Source: a virus
Lineage: Duplodnaviria > Heunggongvirae > Uroviricota > Caudoviricetes
Strand: one strand, 5' to 3'
DNA: 6,743 bases
Virus record (IMG/VR): IMGVR_UViG_2548876937_000011
Location: 1-6,743 of that record
The notes beneath the pieces are model-generated. The model did no database searches. It saw only the letters and a list, made by a program, of their open reading frames with translations, and was not told where the DNA came from. Within the stretch, counting starts at the first letter, position 1. Every line of letters starts with the position of its first letter. Below, piece after piece: positions 4,938 through 6,743 of the stretch. The position numbers and the translations under genes were made by a program.

Positions 4938-5780
4938 TCAATGAACGGTATCGAGCAGCTTTAACAGCTCAGGGAATCGGGACTCGAAGAAATGCGGCTG
5001 CGTCTCGCGCGGATTTGCGGGACTGGTGATGTTCTTGCCGAACATGCAACCTTTCGCTGTCAGCGACCAGAATTTTTTGATGTTGTTAATCGCGGTACGG
5101 CTGTATCGTTCGCGTTGTTCAACGATCCCCAGCTTCGCCATCTGGTGATATGCCTGATTAGCCGTAAGGCGGATACCATACTGTTTCAGCAGTGCACTCA
5201 GCGACAGCGTAGGACGACTTGAGCCATCAGGCGCGTCAGCAGGAGCATCAATGGCATAGCGCGGTGCCAGATTCGGTAAGCCAACAGCCTCCTGGAGTTT
5301 CTGACAGGCACCAAGCACTGAAGAGTTAGACAGGTTTAATTCCCGGCGCATAAAGTCCAGCAGAATCACACCAGCCTGCATCTTGTCAGCAGCCTGTCCG
5401 GATAATTTTTCCGGTGCGCTGGTTACCATGTCGAAAGTACGGATCACCTTCAGATGGAATGACGGGCTGATCCACATTGCATAGGCATACACCAGTTCCT
5501 TGCAGACATACGTTCCTCCATTCCGCCCTTCTATTTTACTTACTGGTTTACTACCCAAATTTTGGGTAGTTTCATTGAATGAACCGACACCCAAATTTTG
5601 GGTATCGATCAATTCCTGAACCAGCTCAGTAATCTGTTGGCTGGAAAGAAACTTTCCCGGCTCCTTAGTTCTGGCATTTGCACCAGATGCAACAGCAGCC
5701 CGATGCAGATCGTTCAGGCTGTAACGCCCATAAGCATCACGACGAACTTCAATACCATCAATGACCATCAGATTATTCAT
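4938..5780 (-). CDS. KilA-N domain protein with C-terminal KilAC/ANT-like domain (phage antirepressor-like)
   Basis: N-terminus MNNLMVIDGIEVRRDAYGRYSLNDLHRAA...KFL has the KilA-N signature. The track ORF starts at GTG 5813; I prefer ATG 5780-5778, which is preceded by AAGAGGAGAAA with 8-nt spacing and does not overlap rusA. Confidence 0.8.
   Translation of the reverse strand: MNNLMVIDGIEVRRDAYGRYSLNDLHRAAVASGANARTKEPGKFLSSQQITELVQELIDTQNLGVGSFNETTQNLGSKPVSKIEGRNGGTYVCKELVYAYAMWISPSFHLKVIRTFDMVTSAPEKLSGQAADKMQAGVILLDFMRRELNLSNSSVLGACQKLQEAVGLPNLAPRYAIDAPADAPDGSSRPTLSLSALLKQYGIRLTANQAYHQMAKLGIVEQRERYSRTAINNIKKFWSLTAKGCMFGKNITSPANPRETQPHFFESRFPELLKLLDTVH
5553..5604. repeat. Two copies of a 16-nt near-palindrome ACCCAAATTTTGGGTA (5553-5568 and 5589-5604) inside the KilA-N coding sequence
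   Basis: Exact 16-nt direct repeat 36 bp apart, each copy itself an inverted repeat (ACCCAAA / TTTGGGT). At the protein level it produces a duplicated TQNLG peptide. Confidence 0.8.
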
Positions 5781-5799
5781 ACTTCGTTTCTCCTCTTGA

Positions 5800-6189
5800 T
5801 CAGGCGGCTGCACCCGCCGTTTTCTCGTACTTACTGATAGTGATCTCGACCTTCCCTTCCGGGATAACCGGTCCCCACTCCACCAGCATTCTTTTCACCT
5901 GACTGTCGTCTTCCCACACACCCGCGTGGGTCAGGGCGTCAAACAGCGCCTTGTTATAGTTGTCCAGATCGCGGATCCGGTTATCCGGAGGAAACAACAC
6001 GATCTCCACTGAAGCAGGTGCCGACGTTGGTTTCGGCAGACGACGTAACTGCTCAACTATTGCTGCACACGCCGCGCTCTGGAATTTGCGCCCCGCCGCG
6101 CTTATCAGGTTCTTACCTGCAAACGCCCCTTTGTTGGGGTGTCGCCAGTACGTGTTCACGCTGGGCGGAAAAGGCAGGATCAGCTTCAT
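5800..6189 (-). CDS. rusA: Holliday junction resolvase RusA
   Basis: 129-aa ORF with the RusA signature region ...RIRDLDNYNKALFDALTHAGVWEDDSQV... ATG at 6189-6187 with GGGAGA upstream. Its start overlaps the stop of the upstream methyltransferase gene (ATGA). Confidence 0.85.
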   Translation of the reverse strand: MKLILPFPPSVNTYWRHPNKGAFAGKNLISAAGRKFQSAACAAIVEQLRRLPKPTSAPASVEIVLFPPDNRIRDLDNYNKALFDALTHAGVWEDDSQVKRMLVEWGPVIPEGKVEITISKYEKTAGAAA

Positions 6190-6743
6190 GCCACTATCTC
6201 CCTGACCAGCCGTTCTGCCTGCTGGCGAACCTGCGCCAGAAACGCCTCACCACATGCCTCAAGTTCATCGCGCCCGATGTAGCTGATTGCCGGTCCCTTC
6301 CAGGTCTTGTCGAAAACAGCAATAGCACCAGCGAAGAAAGCGCCTGTCGGCACCTGCTTCTCGTCCTTCGGGATAAACCAGGCAGGCAGTTCAAAACCAA
6401 TACGCCCGCGAATAAAAGCAATATGATCTGCATCTTCCGGCCACCACACTTCGCTGGTGGCAGCTTTGATCAGGAAAACATAGCGTCCGCCCTTATCACG
6501 CATGGCACTGGCATGCTTCATGATGTAACGCATGCCGGTGATGTATTGCCCTTCATGCTGACTGGCGCGGCTGTATGGGGGATTACCAAAGGCAGCCCCT
6601 TTAAGCTCCGCAAGACGTTCTGACCAGTCATGCGCCAGCGCGTTGTCTTCCGCAGTGTAATAAGCGGCACATTTGGCGTTATCACCATCAGTGAACAGAT
6701 CCAGAACAAACGGGCCAAACAGGGTGTTAATTCCCCAGAAAAT
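6186..6743 (-). CDS. Phage N6-adenine DNA methyltransferase (Dam-like; partial, N-terminus beyond the right window edge)
   Basis: The minus-strand frame of the 6186..6533 ORF stays open to position 6743 (hand-translated, no stop). It reads ...DLFTDGDNAKCAAYYTAEDNALAHDWSERLAELKGAAFGNPPYSRASQHEGQYITGMRYIMKH... The NPPY tetrapeptide is the catalytic motif IV of N6-adenine methyltransferases. Confidence 0.75.
   Translation of the reverse strand: MFWGINTLFGPFVLDLFTDGDNAKCAAYYTAEDNALAHDWSERLAELKGAAFGNPPYSRASQHEGQYITGMRYIMKHASAMRDKGGRYVFLIKAATSEVWWPEDADHIAFIRGRIGFELPAWFIPKDEKQVPTGAFFAGAIAVFDKTWKGPAISYIGRDELEACGEAFLAQVRQQAERLVREIVA

Noticed and set aside
4992-6718. ORFs 4992..5222+, 5598..5837+, 5960..6205+, 6018..6623+, 6194..6433-, 6518..6718-
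   Set aside because: Each overlaps the KilA-N, RusA or methyltransferase gene in another frame or strand. The annotated frames carry the recognisable motifs (KilA-N signature, RusA DLDN...FDAL, NPPY); the alternatives do not.
1-6743. CRISPR arrays, tRNA/rRNA genes, integrase or attachment sites, IS elements
   Set aside because: No spaced direct repeats, no tRNA-like cloverleaf candidates and no transposase or integrase-like ORFs seen. The window appears internal to the prophage, with no host junction visible.

Overview
This window is the late-gene control / lysis / packaging junction of a lambdoid (HK97-like packaging) prophage of an enterobacterium. The backbone runs right to left on the minus strand: phage Dam-like N6-adenine methyltransferase (partial) -> RusA resolvase -> KilA-N antirepressor-like protein -> DUF968 protein -> Q antiterminator -> [insert] -> holin -> lambda R-like endolysin -> Rz/Rz1 spanins -> HNH endonuclease -> P27-family terminase small subunit (partial). 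The unexplained part is a roughly 1.1 kb AT-rich insert (about 2436-3580) between Q and the holin, on the opposite (+) strand. It carries a translationally coupled two-gene operon with its own RBS: an 87-aa protein and a 246-aa protein with a soluble N-terminal domain and a C-terminal multi-helix membrane anchor. I recognise neither protein. Its position in a classic moron/defence hotspot, its foreign composition and its small-protein plus membrane-protein architecture make it the best candidate for an undescribed prophage-encoded defence, abortive-infection or exclusion module. All annotations are from reading the sequence and recalling protein families; no database search was run.
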